From Alphaproteobacteria bacterium (GTDB lineage Bacteria > Pseudomonadota > Alphaproteobacteria > Bin95): a stretch of DNA of 64,000 bases. The translations under genes were made by a program, and so were the position numbers. Every line of letters begins with the position of its first letter. The stretch's first letter is position 1. The notes under the pieces were generated by a model that saw only the letters and a list, made by a program, of their open reading frames with translations, was not told where the DNA came from and did no database searches. Below, piece after piece: positions 17,972 to 27,003 of this stretch. The stretch is taken from contig CBDBGH010000003.1 of NCBI GenBank assembly GCA_965205265.1, forward strand, positions 2,816,001 through 2,880,000, in the 5' to 3' direction.

Positions 17972-18697
17972 TCAGTCCTCGCGCACGCCGGCGGCGAGAT
18001 AGCCGCCGTCCACCGGCAGCACGACGCCGCTGACATAGGCCGCCGCCTCGCCGGCGAGGAACACCGCCGCATCCGCCATCTCCTCGGGGAAGCCGTAGCG
18101 CGCTGCCGGGATCATGCGATGGTAGTTGGCGCGGGCGGCCGGCGTGTGGTGGGCGCGGGTCAGCGCGGTATCGACCGGCCCCGGCGCAATCGCGTTCACC
18201 GTGACGCCGAAGGGCGCCAGTTCCATGGCCGCCTGTTGCGTGAGCGCGACAACGCCGGCCTTGGAGATGCCGTAGGCCATCCGTTCGGCCCCGACGCGCA
18301 CGCCGGAGATGGAGGCGATATTCACGATGCGCCCGTAGCCGGCTTCGACCATGGGGCGCGCCGCTTCCTGCAGACAATAGAAGCTGCCGTAGAGGTTGAT
18401 CCGGAGCACGCGGTCGAAATCTTCCGGCGTTACGTCGAAGATGGCATGGCGGACGCTGATGCCCGCGACATTGGCCAGAATGTCGATGCGGCCGTGGCGC
18501 GCGACCGTCTCCGCGACCAGCCGCCGGGCGTCCTCCGGCTTCGAGACGTCGATGGCGAGGCCGCCCGGCCCGAGCCCGTCCGCCTTCAGGTCGCTCTCCA
18601 CCACTTCCGCCCCTTCGGCGCGAAAGGCTGCGGCAATCGCCCCGCCGATCCCGCCGCCGGCCCCCGTCACCGCCGCTACCCGCCCTTGCAACCGCAT
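17972..18697 (-). CDS. Short-chain dehydrogenase/reductase
   Basis: TGAGGGIG, NVAG, YGISK, NAIAPG, VDGG. Confidence 0.93.
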   Translation of the reverse strand: MRLQGRVAAVTGAGGGIGGAIAAAFRAEGAEVVESDLKADGLGPGGLAIDVSKPEDARRLVAETVARHGRIDILANVAGISVRHAIFDVTPEDFDRVLRINLYGSFYCLQEAARPMVEAGYGRIVNIASISGVRVGAERMAYGISKAGVVALTQQAAMELAPFGVTVNAIAPGPVDTALTRAHHTPAARANYHRMIPAARYGFPEEMADAAVFLAGEAAAYVSGVVLPVDGGYLAAGVRED

Positions 18698-18866
18698 GGC
18701 TTTGTTTCCTTTCCGCGAAAGTCCAAACCCCGACAGCCCGGTCTCACGCCGGGAATCCGGACGAGGCTAGCACATGCCTGCGGCGCACCGGCATCGATAG
18801 CCTGCAAACGCGCGCGCGACGGGGTAGTATGCGCCGCACCGATATATCCGGCCGGAGGCAGGGCGT

Positions 18867-19823
18867 TTGCCCATTACGCTGCGCCAGTTGCGCTATTTTC
18901 AGGCTCTCGTCGCGCACGGCTCCTTCAGCCGCGCCGCGGAGAGCGTATTCGTGTCCCAGCCGGCGCTTTCGCTCCAGATTCGCGAGCTTGAGGCGACGCT
19001 CGGCGGGCCGCTGGTGGAGCGCGAGAGCCGCGGCGTTCATCTCACCCGCCTCGGCCGGGAGGCGCATGAGCAGACGCTCCAGATTCTGGACGAGACCAAT
19101 TTCCTCGAGCTCATGGGGAAACAGTTCGATGACGGCCGGGCAACCGTCGCTGTCGGCATTATTTCCACCCTGTCGCCCTATCTGCTGCCGGGCCTTCTCG
19201 AGCGCTTGCAGGAAACGACGCCCCGCATCGAACCCAGCGTCGTCGAGGCGACCGGCAACGAGTTGATATCGGGCCTCCAGTCGGGCCGCCTGGATGCTGC
19301 GATCCTGTCCCTTCCGGTCGGCGTGATCGAGTTCCCGGAGCGGGAATTGTTCGAAGACCGGTTCCTGGTCGCGGGCCTCGCCGGCTTGCTGGACGCCGTC
19401 CGCTCGCATTCCGATTCCCCCCGGCCCGAGGATCTGGCGCGGGCCGATATCGGGCCGCTGCTTACCCTTGCGGACGGGCATTGCCTCGCCGACCAGGTTC
19501 TGGGGGCCTGCTCGATGTGGCGCCAGCAGGACGTCCACCGCGGCGCCGGCTCGCTGGCCACGCTTTCGCGTCTGGTCGCGGGCGGCGAAGGTATTGCGCT
19601 CATTCCGGAGACCGCCCTGTCCTGCGAAAGCGGGATGTCTCCCGGCCTTCGCTTCCTGCGCTTCGCCGCGCCGGAGCCGCTGCGCCGGATCGGCCTGATC
19701 CATCGCTTGGCTGCCCACGGCCAGCGCTGGATCGACCCCCTGGCCGAAGCGGTGGCGGATGCCGGCAGGGACCTGACCGGACAGGCGCGCCGGCTGGTGG
19801 CCGAGGCTCCAACGGCCGCCTGA
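18867..19823 (+). CDS. oxyR: LysR regulator, OxyR-like
   Basis: TLRQLRYF...SQPALSLQIRELE HTH; DGHCLADQVLGAC carries both OxyR-type cysteines; SLATLSRLVAGG. Confidence 0.7.
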   Translation: MPITLRQLRYFQALVAHGSFSRAAESVFVSQPALSLQIRELEATLGGPLVERESRGVHLTRLGREAHEQTLQILDETNFLELMGKQFDDGRATVAVGIISTLSPYLLPGLLERLQETTPRIEPSVVEATGNELISGLQSGRLDAAILSLPVGVIEFPERELFEDRFLVAGLAGLLDAVRSHSDSPRPEDLARADIGPLLTLADGHCLADQVLGACSMWRQQDVHRGAGSLATLSRLVAGGEGIALIPETALSCESGMSPGLRFLRFAAPEPLRRIGLIHRLAAHGQRWIDPLAEAVADAGRDLTGQARRLVAEAPTAA

Positions 19824-19854
19824 GCCGGGCCGCCGCGGGTCCTTACCGCCCGCA

Positions 19855-21558
19855 CTATCCGCCTGCCGCCTTCGCCATGAAGTCGAAATCGCAGCCCCGG
19901 TTCGCCTGGGTCACGGTCTCCAGATAGAGCTTGAGATAGCCGCGTTCGGAACCGGCATGGGCCGGCGGGCTCCAGCCGGCGCGCCGCCGGGCGAGCTCCA
20001 CCTCGTCCACCAGCAGGTCGAGGCGCCGCCCCGGCGTGTCGAGGCGGATGCGGTCGCCCGTCCGGACGAGCGCGAGCGGCCCGCCGACCGCCGCCTCCGG
20101 GCAGCAATGCAGCACGATCGTGCCGAAGGCCGTGCCCGACATGCGCGCGTCGGAGATCCGCACCATGTCGCGGACGCCCTGTGCCGCGAGCTTTTTCGGG
20201 ATGGGCATCGAGCCCGCCTCCGGCATGCCCGGCGCGCCCTTCGGTCCGGCATTGCGGAGCACCAGCACATCGTCCGCCGCCACATCGAGGCCGGGGTCGT
20301 CGATCCGCGCCGCGAGGTCCTCCAGCCCGTCGAACACCACCGCCCGGCCCTCATGCGCGAGCAGGTCCGGGCTCGCCGCCGACTGCTTGATGACCGCCGT
20401 GTCCGGCGCGAGCGTGCCGCGCAGCACGGCGACGCCCCCTTCCGGCCAGATCGGGTCCGCCAGCGGCCGCACGACCGCCTGGCCCGGATGCTCGTCGGCC
20501 GCCCCGTCGATCTCCTCGCCGAGCGTGCGCCCCGTCACCGTCAGCGCGTCGAGGTTCAGCAACGCCCTCAGCTCCTTTAGGATGGGCGCCGCGCCGCCCG
20601 CGCGGTGCAGGTCCTCCATGTAGTGTTGGCCAGAGGGCTTGAGATCCACCAGCACGGGCGTCTCCCGGCCCATCGCATCGATGGCGTCGAGGTCCACCTC
20701 GATCCCGAGCCGGCCGGCGACCGCCGCCATGTGGATCAGGCCGTTGGTCGAGCCGCCGACGGCAAGCAGCATGCGAAAGGCGTTCTCGAAGGCGGCCGGC
20801 GTCATGATGCGGTCGGGAGTCAGCCCCTCCCCGGCCAGCGCCACGGCACGGGCCCCGGTGGCCTCCGCATGGCGCAGGCGGTCGGCATGGACCGCCGGGA
20901 TGGCCGCGCCGCCCGGCAGCATCATGCCGACGGTCTCCGTCATCAGCGCCATCGTGGAGGCGGTGCCCATCACCATGCAGGTGCCGGCCGTCGGCATCAG
21001 CCGTCCGCCCGCGAGCTCGATTTCGGCCTCGTCCATATCGCCGGCCCGATAGAGTCCCCAGAGCCGCCGGCAGTCCGTGCAGGCGCCGAGCCTCTCGCCC
21101 CGGAAATGGCCGGTCATCATCGGTCCCGTCACCTCCATGATGGCGGGAATGCCCGCGCTCGCCGCGCCCATCAGCAGCGCCGGCACCGTCTTGTCGCAGC
21201 CGCCGATCAGCACCACGGCGTCCATCGGCTGGGCGCGGACCATCTCTTCTGTGTCCATCGCCATGAGGTTGCGCAGGAACATCGAGGTCGGGTGCGAAAA
21301 GCTCTCGTGGATCGAAATCGTCGGGAAGCGGATCGGCAGCCCGCCCGCATGCATGACGCCGCGCTCGATGGCGGCGATCAGGTCCGGCACGGTGCGGTGG
21401 CAGCCATTGAAGCCGCTGAACGTGTCGGTGATGGCGACGATCGGGCGTTCGAGCGCCTCGTCGGAATAGCCCATCGCCTTGATGAACGCCTTGCGCAGGA
21501 AGAAGGAGAGCCCGGCGTCGCCGTATTGGGCGAGGCCGGAACGGATGCCATCGGTCAC
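19855..21558 (-). CDS. IlvD/Edd family dehydratase
   Basis: GTG at 21558; NGCH, RNLMAM, GGCDKTVP, GTCMVMGTASTM, GGSTN, GPKGAPGMPE, SDARMSGT. Track ORF 19855..22641 runs on into the IS. Confidence 0.93.
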   Translation of the reverse strand: MTDGIRSGLAQYGDAGLSFFLRKAFIKAMGYSDEALERPIVAITDTFSGFNGCHRTVPDLIAAIERGVMHAGGLPIRFPTISIHESFSHPTSMFLRNLMAMDTEEMVRAQPMDAVVLIGGCDKTVPALLMGAASAGIPAIMEVTGPMMTGHFRGERLGACTDCRRLWGLYRAGDMDEAEIELAGGRLMPTAGTCMVMGTASTMALMTETVGMMLPGGAAIPAVHADRLRHAEATGARAVALAGEGLTPDRIMTPAAFENAFRMLLAVGGSTNGLIHMAAVAGRLGIEVDLDAIDAMGRETPVLVDLKPSGQHYMEDLHRAGGAAPILKELRALLNLDALTVTGRTLGEEIDGAADEHPGQAVVRPLADPIWPEGGVAVLRGTLAPDTAVIKQSAASPDLLAHEGRAVVFDGLEDLAARIDDPGLDVAADDVLVLRNAGPKGAPGMPEAGSMPIPKKLAAQGVRDMVRISDARMSGTAFGTIVLHCCPEAAVGGPLALVRTGDRIRLDTPGRRLDLLVDEVELARRRAGWSPPAHAGSERGYLKLYLETVTQANRGCDFDFMAKAAGG

Positions 21559-21656
21559 GGGTGGAGCGCCTTTCGATCGTTCGGGGCGGAAGGGTTCGAG
21601 TTTGCGGCCCCGGGAGCGGAGGGCCAAGCCCGATGTGTCATGGAGTGTCATGTTTT
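21487..21656 (+). repeat. 170-bp direct repeat, left copy (IS target duplication)
   Basis: Identical by eye to 23573-23742; abuts the left TIR. Confidence 0.93.
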
Positions 21657-23572
21657 CCTGACTTCGACGGTTGGGCTGACTTCTGACCGATCTCGCGTCT
21701 GGAGTTTTCAGTAAAGCCAATGAGTTGGCAGTTGCGGTGCGGTCAAGCTGCGTTGTAGTGCCTAGTAAATCTTTGAGACTGTCAATGCCTCCGCCACGCG
21801 CTACACTCCCCCCATGTTCGTGCGCATCAAGACCTCCCCCAACAGCCCGCGACGCTCGGTCCAGATCGTCGAGGCCGTGCGCGACGGCGGCAAGGTCCGA
21901 CAGCGCATCGTCCGCCATGTCGGCGTGGCCATGGACGAGGACGAGCTCGAGCGCCTGAGGCAGCTCGGCGAGTACGTCAAGGCGAAGCTGGAGGACGAGC
22001 GTCAGCCGGCATTGTTTGCGCCCGAGAAGATCGCTGAGCAGGCGATCCGTGTCGGCCGCCGGGGGGACGGCAAGGAGGAACTCCCGGTCGACCTCAAGCA
22101 GCTTGAAGAGGAGCAGCGCCTGATCACAGGCATCCACGAGGTCTATGGCGAGATCTACCGGCTGCTGGGCCTCGACGCGCTGCTGCCGCGCTCGCGCTAC
22201 CGGGCCTCCCATGACGCGCTGTTCCATGTGGTGATGGCGCGGGTAGCCAACCCCGACAGCAAGCGGGGCAGCGTGCGCCGGCTCGAGGAGGACTTCGGCG
22301 TGAGTCTTCCGCTCGAGAAGGTCTACCGGATGATGGATCAGCTCGACGCGACGGTGATCGAGCGACTGCGCACGCGCGTCGGCGAGGCGAGCCGGTCGCT
22401 GCTGCCGGAGCCGGTCGCGATCCTCTTCTTCGATTGCACCACGCTCTACTTCGAGACGGCCGCCGAGGACGAGCTTCGCCAGCACGGCTTCAGCAAGGAC
22501 GGCAAACACAAGGACTCGCAGGTTCTGCTGGCGCTGATGGTGACGCGCGAAGGGCTGCCGATCAGCTACGAGGTCTTCCCCGGCGCCACCTACGAGGGAC
22601 ACAGCATGGTCCCGGTCCTGCAGGACATGCAGCGCCGCCACCAGGTGGAGCGCACGGTATGCGTGGCCGACCGGGGCATGCTGAGCGCCGACAACCTCGA
22701 CGCCATGGACGCCATCGGCGGCGAGTATGTCGTCGGCGCGCGGCTGCGCAAGCTGCCGCTCGCGCTGCTGGGGCAGGTTCTCGACCCCGGGACCTATGCC
22801 CCGCTGGAGGGCTCACAGGACCGCCGGGTCGGCGAGTGGGAGTACAAGGGCCGTCGCCTGATCGTCGTCTTCTGCCCCCAGCGCGCACGCAAGGACGCGC
22901 ACGAGCGCCGCCATCAGGTGGAACGCCTGCTCGACAGGCTGGCCCGCAGCGACAATCCCAGGGAACTGCTCTCCAATCACGGGGCGAAGCGCTTCATCGC
23001 CGTCGAGGGCGACGCACGGCTCACGGTGAACCCGGAGAAGATCGCCGAGGCCGCACGATGGGACGGGCTCACCGGCGTCATCACCAATCTGCGCGACGCG
23101 CGCGTCACCGAAGTGATGGCTCACTACCAGGGGCTCTGGCAGGTCGAGGAGAGCTTCCGGATCACCAAACACGACCTGAAGATACGTCCCATCTGGCACT
23201 GGAACCCGGACCGGATCCGCGCTCACATCGCCATCGCCTTCCTGGCCTTCGCCTGCGTTCGACACCTTGCGTACCGCGTCGCCATCCAGAAGCGGCGGAT
23301 GTCCCCGGAGGTCATCCGCTCCGCCCTCGTCCACCGCCAGTGCTCCCTGCTGCGCTGTCGGCAATCGGGCAACCGCTACGTCATCCCCTCGAAGCCGACA
23401 CCGGCGGCGGAGCAGATTTACGCAACCATGGGGCTGCCCCTGACGATCACCCCGTATCAACTCGCCTGACCGTCGACGAAGCACGGCTCGAAGAAATGCC
23501 GGATGTAGTGCCTAGCCGAAATGAGAACCAGGCAATATCAACTACTTATGCGAATCAACCGTCGAAGTCAGG
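21657..23572 (+). mobile_element. IS1634-family insertion sequence (1916 bp)
   Basis: Perfect 17-bp TIRs CCTGACTTCGACGGTTG / CAACCGTCGAAGTCAGG; long flanking direct repeat; single transposase. Confidence 0.93.
21814..23469 (+). CDS. IS1634 family DDE transposase
   Basis: MFVRIK...VRDGGKVRQRIV, FFDCTTLYFE, GFSKDGK, VADRGM, YQGLWQVEESFRITKHDLKIRPIWHW, IRAHIAIAFLA. Confidence 0.93.
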   Translation: MFVRIKTSPNSPRRSVQIVEAVRDGGKVRQRIVRHVGVAMDEDELERLRQLGEYVKAKLEDERQPALFAPEKIAEQAIRVGRRGDGKEELPVDLKQLEEEQRLITGIHEVYGEIYRLLGLDALLPRSRYRASHDALFHVVMARVANPDSKRGSVRRLEEDFGVSLPLEKVYRMMDQLDATVIERLRTRVGEASRSLLPEPVAILFFDCTTLYFETAAEDELRQHGFSKDGKHKDSQVLLALMVTREGLPISYEVFPGATYEGHSMVPVLQDMQRRHQVERTVCVADRGMLSADNLDAMDAIGGEYVVGARLRKLPLALLGQVLDPGTYAPLEGSQDRRVGEWEYKGRRLIVVFCPQRARKDAHERRHQVERLLDRLARSDNPRELLSNHGAKRFIAVEGDARLTVNPEKIAEAARWDGLTGVITNLRDARVTEVMAHYQGLWQVEESFRITKHDLKIRPIWHWNPDRIRAHIAIAFLAFACVRHLAYRVAIQKRRMSPEVIRSALVHRQCSLLRCRQSGNRYVIPSKPTPAAEQIYATMGLPLTITPYQLA

Positions 23573-23742
23573 CGCCTTGCGCAGGAAGAAGGAGAGCCCG
23601 GCGTCGCCGTATTGGGCGAGGCCGGAACGGATGCCATCGGTCACGGGTGGAGCGCCTTTCGATCGTTCGGGGCGGAAGGGTTCGAGTTTGCGGCCCCGGG
23701 AGCGGAGGGCCAAGCCCGATGTGTCATGGAGTGTCATGTTTT
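23573..23742 (+). repeat. 170-bp direct repeat, right copy (contains a duplicate of the first ~24 codons of the dehydratase gene)
   Basis: Identical by eye to 21487-21656; abuts the right TIR. Confidence 0.93.
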
Positions 23743-23834
23743 GTCATGGGGACCGGCGGGACACTGTGCGATATGTCATGCGATGTCATGATCTGCATGC
23801 GTGCAGAGCATATGCTGTGGCCCGTCCGGGCATG
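23723..23834 (-). repeat. Phased CATGAC array (2+3 copies, 10-bp period), copy B
   Basis: GTCATG on + at 23723, 23733, 23743, 23775, 23785, followed by TGCATGCG...CATATGCTGT; homologous to 12586-12690. Confidence 0.85.
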
Positions 23835-23858
23835 GGCGCGACTATTCCATTCGGTTCC

Positions 23859-24141
23859 CAGGGCAATCGCTTTTGAAGATTTGCGAGCAGGGCGCATGGG
23901 ATGGACCGAGGCCCGGCGTCCCCGCCTCCTTCCCATCCCTCTTCCCGTCATGCCCGGACTCGCTCCGGGCATCTCCCGCCGCTGCTTCCGCCGAACGGCC
24001 GCATGGATACCCGGAACGAGTCCGGGTATGACGGAGGGGGCGTTCGGACATGATGGAGGAGCCTGCCCTGAGCTTGTCGAAGGGGGCGTTCGGGCATGAC
24101 GGGGGTGTTCACGCATAGCAAATCCGAAAGCGATAGCCCTG
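23859..24141. mobile_element. 283-bp MITE with ~25-bp TIRs and a 10-bp target-site duplication, carrying REP cargo
   Basis: TIRs cagggcaatcgcttttgaagatttgc / gcaaatccgaaagcgatagccctg; ATTCGGTTCC at 23849-23858 and 24142-24151. Confidence 0.85.
23947..24101. repeat. REP doublet with duplicated tail and nested CCTGCCCTGAGCTTGTCGAAGGG
   Basis: Same family as 334-421 and 27004-27111. Confidence 0.88.
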
Positions 24142-24230
24142 ATTCGGTTCCGGTGACTGTTTGTCTTCGGCATAGGTTGTTCCTTTCACTCCTGTTTCGT
24201 TCCGTTCGTCCCGCCGTTGGCCGGCCGGCG

Positions 24231-24440
24231 GCGGGACCCTAATTCGCGCGTATCCCGAGCGCGGGCGCCCGCGCCCGTGGGCGGGCGTATCGCGCCGGCG
24301 CGGTTCGCGCGCCTGATTGCCCGCATGTGCTTGCGCGCGCGAGCCAGGCGCAGGGCGCACCTTGCCTGTTGGCCGAATCGGGGGCTTTTTTCGCGCCGGC
24401 GCCGACGCGGAAGAGGAAGCGGCCTCCGGATGCTGCTTCC
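24231..24440 (-). ncRNA. Candidate structured leader / ncRNA, copy B
   Basis: Collinear conserved blocks with 11361-11559, directly downstream of the promoter. Confidence 0.5.
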
Positions 24441-24453
24441 TTCCTTTCGTCCC

Positions 24454-24480
24454 ATTATAGCACATTTTTCTAAAAAACAA
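24454..24480 (-). promoter_or_regulatory. Sigma70-type promoter of cassette copy B
   Basis: TTGTTT-N15-TATAAT with TGn extension (TGCTATAAT) and AT-rich upstream tract; same spacing as copy A. Confidence 0.7.
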
Positions 24481-24607
24481 GATCATAACTGGAATTTATT
24501 CGATATTCATGAACAAAGGTCATATTCGCTCTCGCGGCCGGGTGCGGCTTCCGCCAGGAGTCGGGGAGGCGTAGGCTCGTTCCCGGCGCGATTCGGAGAG
24601 GAAACCG

Positions 24608-25444
24608 ATGCCCGATACCCTGGCCGACCTGGTGAAGAAGCGTTACGGCCCCGAGACGCCCGGCGGCGCCGACCTGCCGGCGGAAGGCCCGCTCGCGGCG
24701 ATCCTCGACCGGCGCACCCACCGCCGCTATACGGACCGGCCGGTGCCGGAGGACATGCTGGACCTGCTGTTCGCCTGCGCCTTCTCCGCAAGCGCCAAGT
24801 CCGACCTCCAGCAGGCCTCGGTCGTGCGCATCGCCGACCCGGCGCTCCGGGCAGAGATCGCGGCGCTCATCCCGGGCATGCCCTGGATCGGCACGGCGCC
24901 GGTGTTCATGGTGTGGTGCGGCGACGGGCGGCGCATCAGGCGAATCTGCACGTTGCGCGGCAGGCCCTTCGCCAACGACCATCTGGACGCCGCCTTCAAC
25001 CCGACCGTCGATACCGCGCTCGCCATGCAGACCTTCATCCTGTCGGCGGAGGCGGCGGGCCTCGGCTGCTGCCCGATCAGCGTCGTGCGCAACCATGCCT
25101 TCCGGATCGGCGAGCTGCTGGGCCTGCCGGAATGGGTGTTCCCGGTCGCCGGGCTCTGCGTCGGCTGGCCGGCGGCACAGGGCTATATCTCCATGCGGGT
25201 GCCGCCCTCGGTCACGGTCCATACCGACCGCTATGACGACGACAGGCTGGCCGCCGGCATCGACGCCTATGACCGCCGGCGCGACGCGGTTTACAGCATT
25301 CCCCCGGACAAGCAGCGGGACCTCGACCTTTACGGCGAGGCTGCGTTCTACGGCTGGTCCGAGGACAAGGCCCGGCAGGTCTCGCATACCGAGCGCGAGG
25401 ATTTCGGCGCCTTCCTCCGGCAACAGGGCTACCGGCTGGATTGA
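24608..25444 (+). CDS. Nitroreductase, NfsA/Frp-like
   Basis: RRTHRRYTD, SKSDLQQ, VDTALAMQ, GLGCCPIS, LPEWVFPVAGLCVGWP. Confidence 0.92.
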   Translation: MPDTLADLVKKRYGPETPGGADLPAEGPLAAILDRRTHRRYTDRPVPEDMLDLLFACAFSASAKSDLQQASVVRIADPALRAEIAALIPGMPWIGTAPVFMVWCGDGRRIRRICTLRGRPFANDHLDAAFNPTVDTALAMQTFILSAEAAGLGCCPISVVRNHAFRIGELLGLPEWVFPVAGLCVGWPAAQGYISMRVPPSVTVHTDRYDDDRLAAGIDAYDRRRDAVYSIPPDKQRDLDLYGEAAFYGWSEDKARQVSHTEREDFGAFLRQQGYRLD

Positions 25445-26694
25445 TGGCCCCTCGCGCCGCGGGCGGCATCGGGCGGGTCTTCGCCAACCGCAACTACCGC
25501 CTCTATTTCACCGGCAATGCGGTCTCGCTGATCGGCACCTGGATGCAGCGCACCGGCGTCGGCGCGCTTGCCTGGGAACTGACGGAATCGGCGTTTTTTC
25601 TCGGGCTGATCGCCACGGCGGAATTCCTGCCTTCGATCCTGCTGGGCCCCTTCGCCGGCGCGGTCGCGGACCGGCTGAACCGGCTTGGCATCATCGCCGC
25701 CATGCAGGGCCTGCTCTGCCTCCAGGCCTTCACCCTCGGCCTGCTGACCGTCACCGGCCTCACAACGCCGGAATCGCTTTTCCTGCTCACCCTGCTGCTC
25801 GGCACCGCGACGGCCATCGCGCAGCCCGCGCGCCTGTCGCTGGTGCCCTCGCTGGTGGGCCGCGACGACATCCCGTCGGCCGTGGCGGTCAACTCCATCG
25901 GCTGGAACAGCGCGCGTTTCATCGGCCCGACGCTCGCCGGGCCGCTGCTCCTGCATTTCGGGCCGGTAAGCGGCGCCGGCTGGGCCTTCCTTTGCAATAC
26001 GGCCACCTTTGCCGTCTTCCTCATCGTCCTGCCGATGCTGAGGCTCAGCCCCCGGTTGCAGGTGCGGCGCGAGCGCAGGAGCCTCTTTGCCGAGATCGGT
26101 GACGGCTTCCGCTATATCGGCCGCCATGCCGGCGTCGGCCCGCTGATCCTGCTCCTGCTGGCCGGGGCCCTGCTGGTCCGGCCCTATGTGGAACTGCTGC
26201 CCGCCTTTGCCGACGTGGTGTTCGAGCGCGGCGCGGAGGGCTTCTCCATGCTGATCGCGGTCAATGGCCTTGGCGCGCTTGCGGGCGGCCTCTGGCTTGC
26301 CTGGCGCGGCAACCGGCGGGGGCTTGCCCCCATCGTGTTCGCGGGCTCGGCGGTGCATGCGGCGATGGTGGCGCTGTTTTCGGTGCTCGGACATTTCGAA
26401 TTCGCGCTGGCGGCGCTGGCGGTGGCGGGGTTCGCCATGCTGGTCATGGGCGTCGGCGCGCAGAGCCTGATCCAGATGGGCACGCCGTCCGACATGCTGG
26501 GCCGGGTGCTGAGCGTTTACGGCCTCACCTTCCGCGCCGGCCCGGCGCTCGGCGCGCTCGCGATGGGCGCGCTCGCGGACAGCATCGGCCTCACCTGGCC
26601 GGTGCTCGGCGGCGCCTGCTTATGCCTCGCCGCCATCGTCCTGCTCGCCCGCCGCCTGAGGACCGTCCGCGCCGCCCTGGAGCCGGAGCGGTAG
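25444..26694 (+). CDS. MFS transporter (MFS_3/DUF894-like)
   Basis: NRNYRLYFTGNAVSLIGTWMQ, GAVADRLNR, about 12 TM segments. Confidence 0.9.
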   Translation: MAPRAAGGIGRVFANRNYRLYFTGNAVSLIGTWMQRTGVGALAWELTESAFFLGLIATAEFLPSILLGPFAGAVADRLNRLGIIAAMQGLLCLQAFTLGLLTVTGLTTPESLFLLTLLLGTATAIAQPARLSLVPSLVGRDDIPSAVAVNSIGWNSARFIGPTLAGPLLLHFGPVSGAGWAFLCNTATFAVFLIVLPMLRLSPRLQVRRERRSLFAEIGDGFRYIGRHAGVGPLILLLLAGALLVRPYVELLPAFADVVFERGAEGFSMLIAVNGLGALAGGLWLAWRGNRRGLAPIVFAGSAVHAAMVALFSVLGHFEFALAALAVAGFAMLVMGVGAQSLIQMGTPSDMLGRVLSVYGLTFRAGPALGALAMGALADSIGLTWPVLGGACLCLAAIVLLARRLRTVRAALEPER

Positions 26695-26759
26695 GCGCTT
26701 GTCGAAGGCGCCGCCGGGAGCGATAATCCGAAGCTGGCGGCAAGTCGGGAGACGGTCCG

Positions 26760-26981
26760 ATGTACGTGATTGCCATTCTCGCGATAGCCGTTCTGCTGTT
26801 TGTCCTCGCTTCGCGGGATTACAAGAGGATGCAACGCGGCGAGCTGTATCTGGCGTCCGCCGGCCTTGTCGCTACCCACGACCACCTCATCCACAACAAC
26901 GCGTCCGAATCGTTTTTCGCAGGCCCGGCCTCCCACTCGGTCATGGACCATCACCATTTGGGCGATTCCGGCATCTATTAG
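26760..26981 (+). CDS. Small membrane-anchored His-rich protein (73 aa)
   Basis: N-terminal TM (YVIAILAIAVLLFVLA), tail THDHLIH...SHSVMDHHH; GGGAG RBS. Confidence 0.55.
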   Translation: MYVIAILAIAVLLFVLASRDYKRMQRGELYLASAGLVATHDHLIHNNASESFFAGPASHSVMDHHHLGDSGIY

Positions 26982-27003
26982 TACTAGCGTTCCGACCCCT
27001 TCT

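Noticed and set aside
19855-22641. Apparent 928-aa dehydratase fusion
   Set aside because: The N-terminal 361 codons are the antisense of the IS1634 transposase plus the IS end and upstream DNA; the real gene starts at GTG 21558.
23723-23790. TGTCAT repeats as a Pho box
   Set aside because: PhoB boxes have an 11-bp period (CTGTCAT-N4); these repeats have a strict 10-bp period and the consensus TGTCATG.
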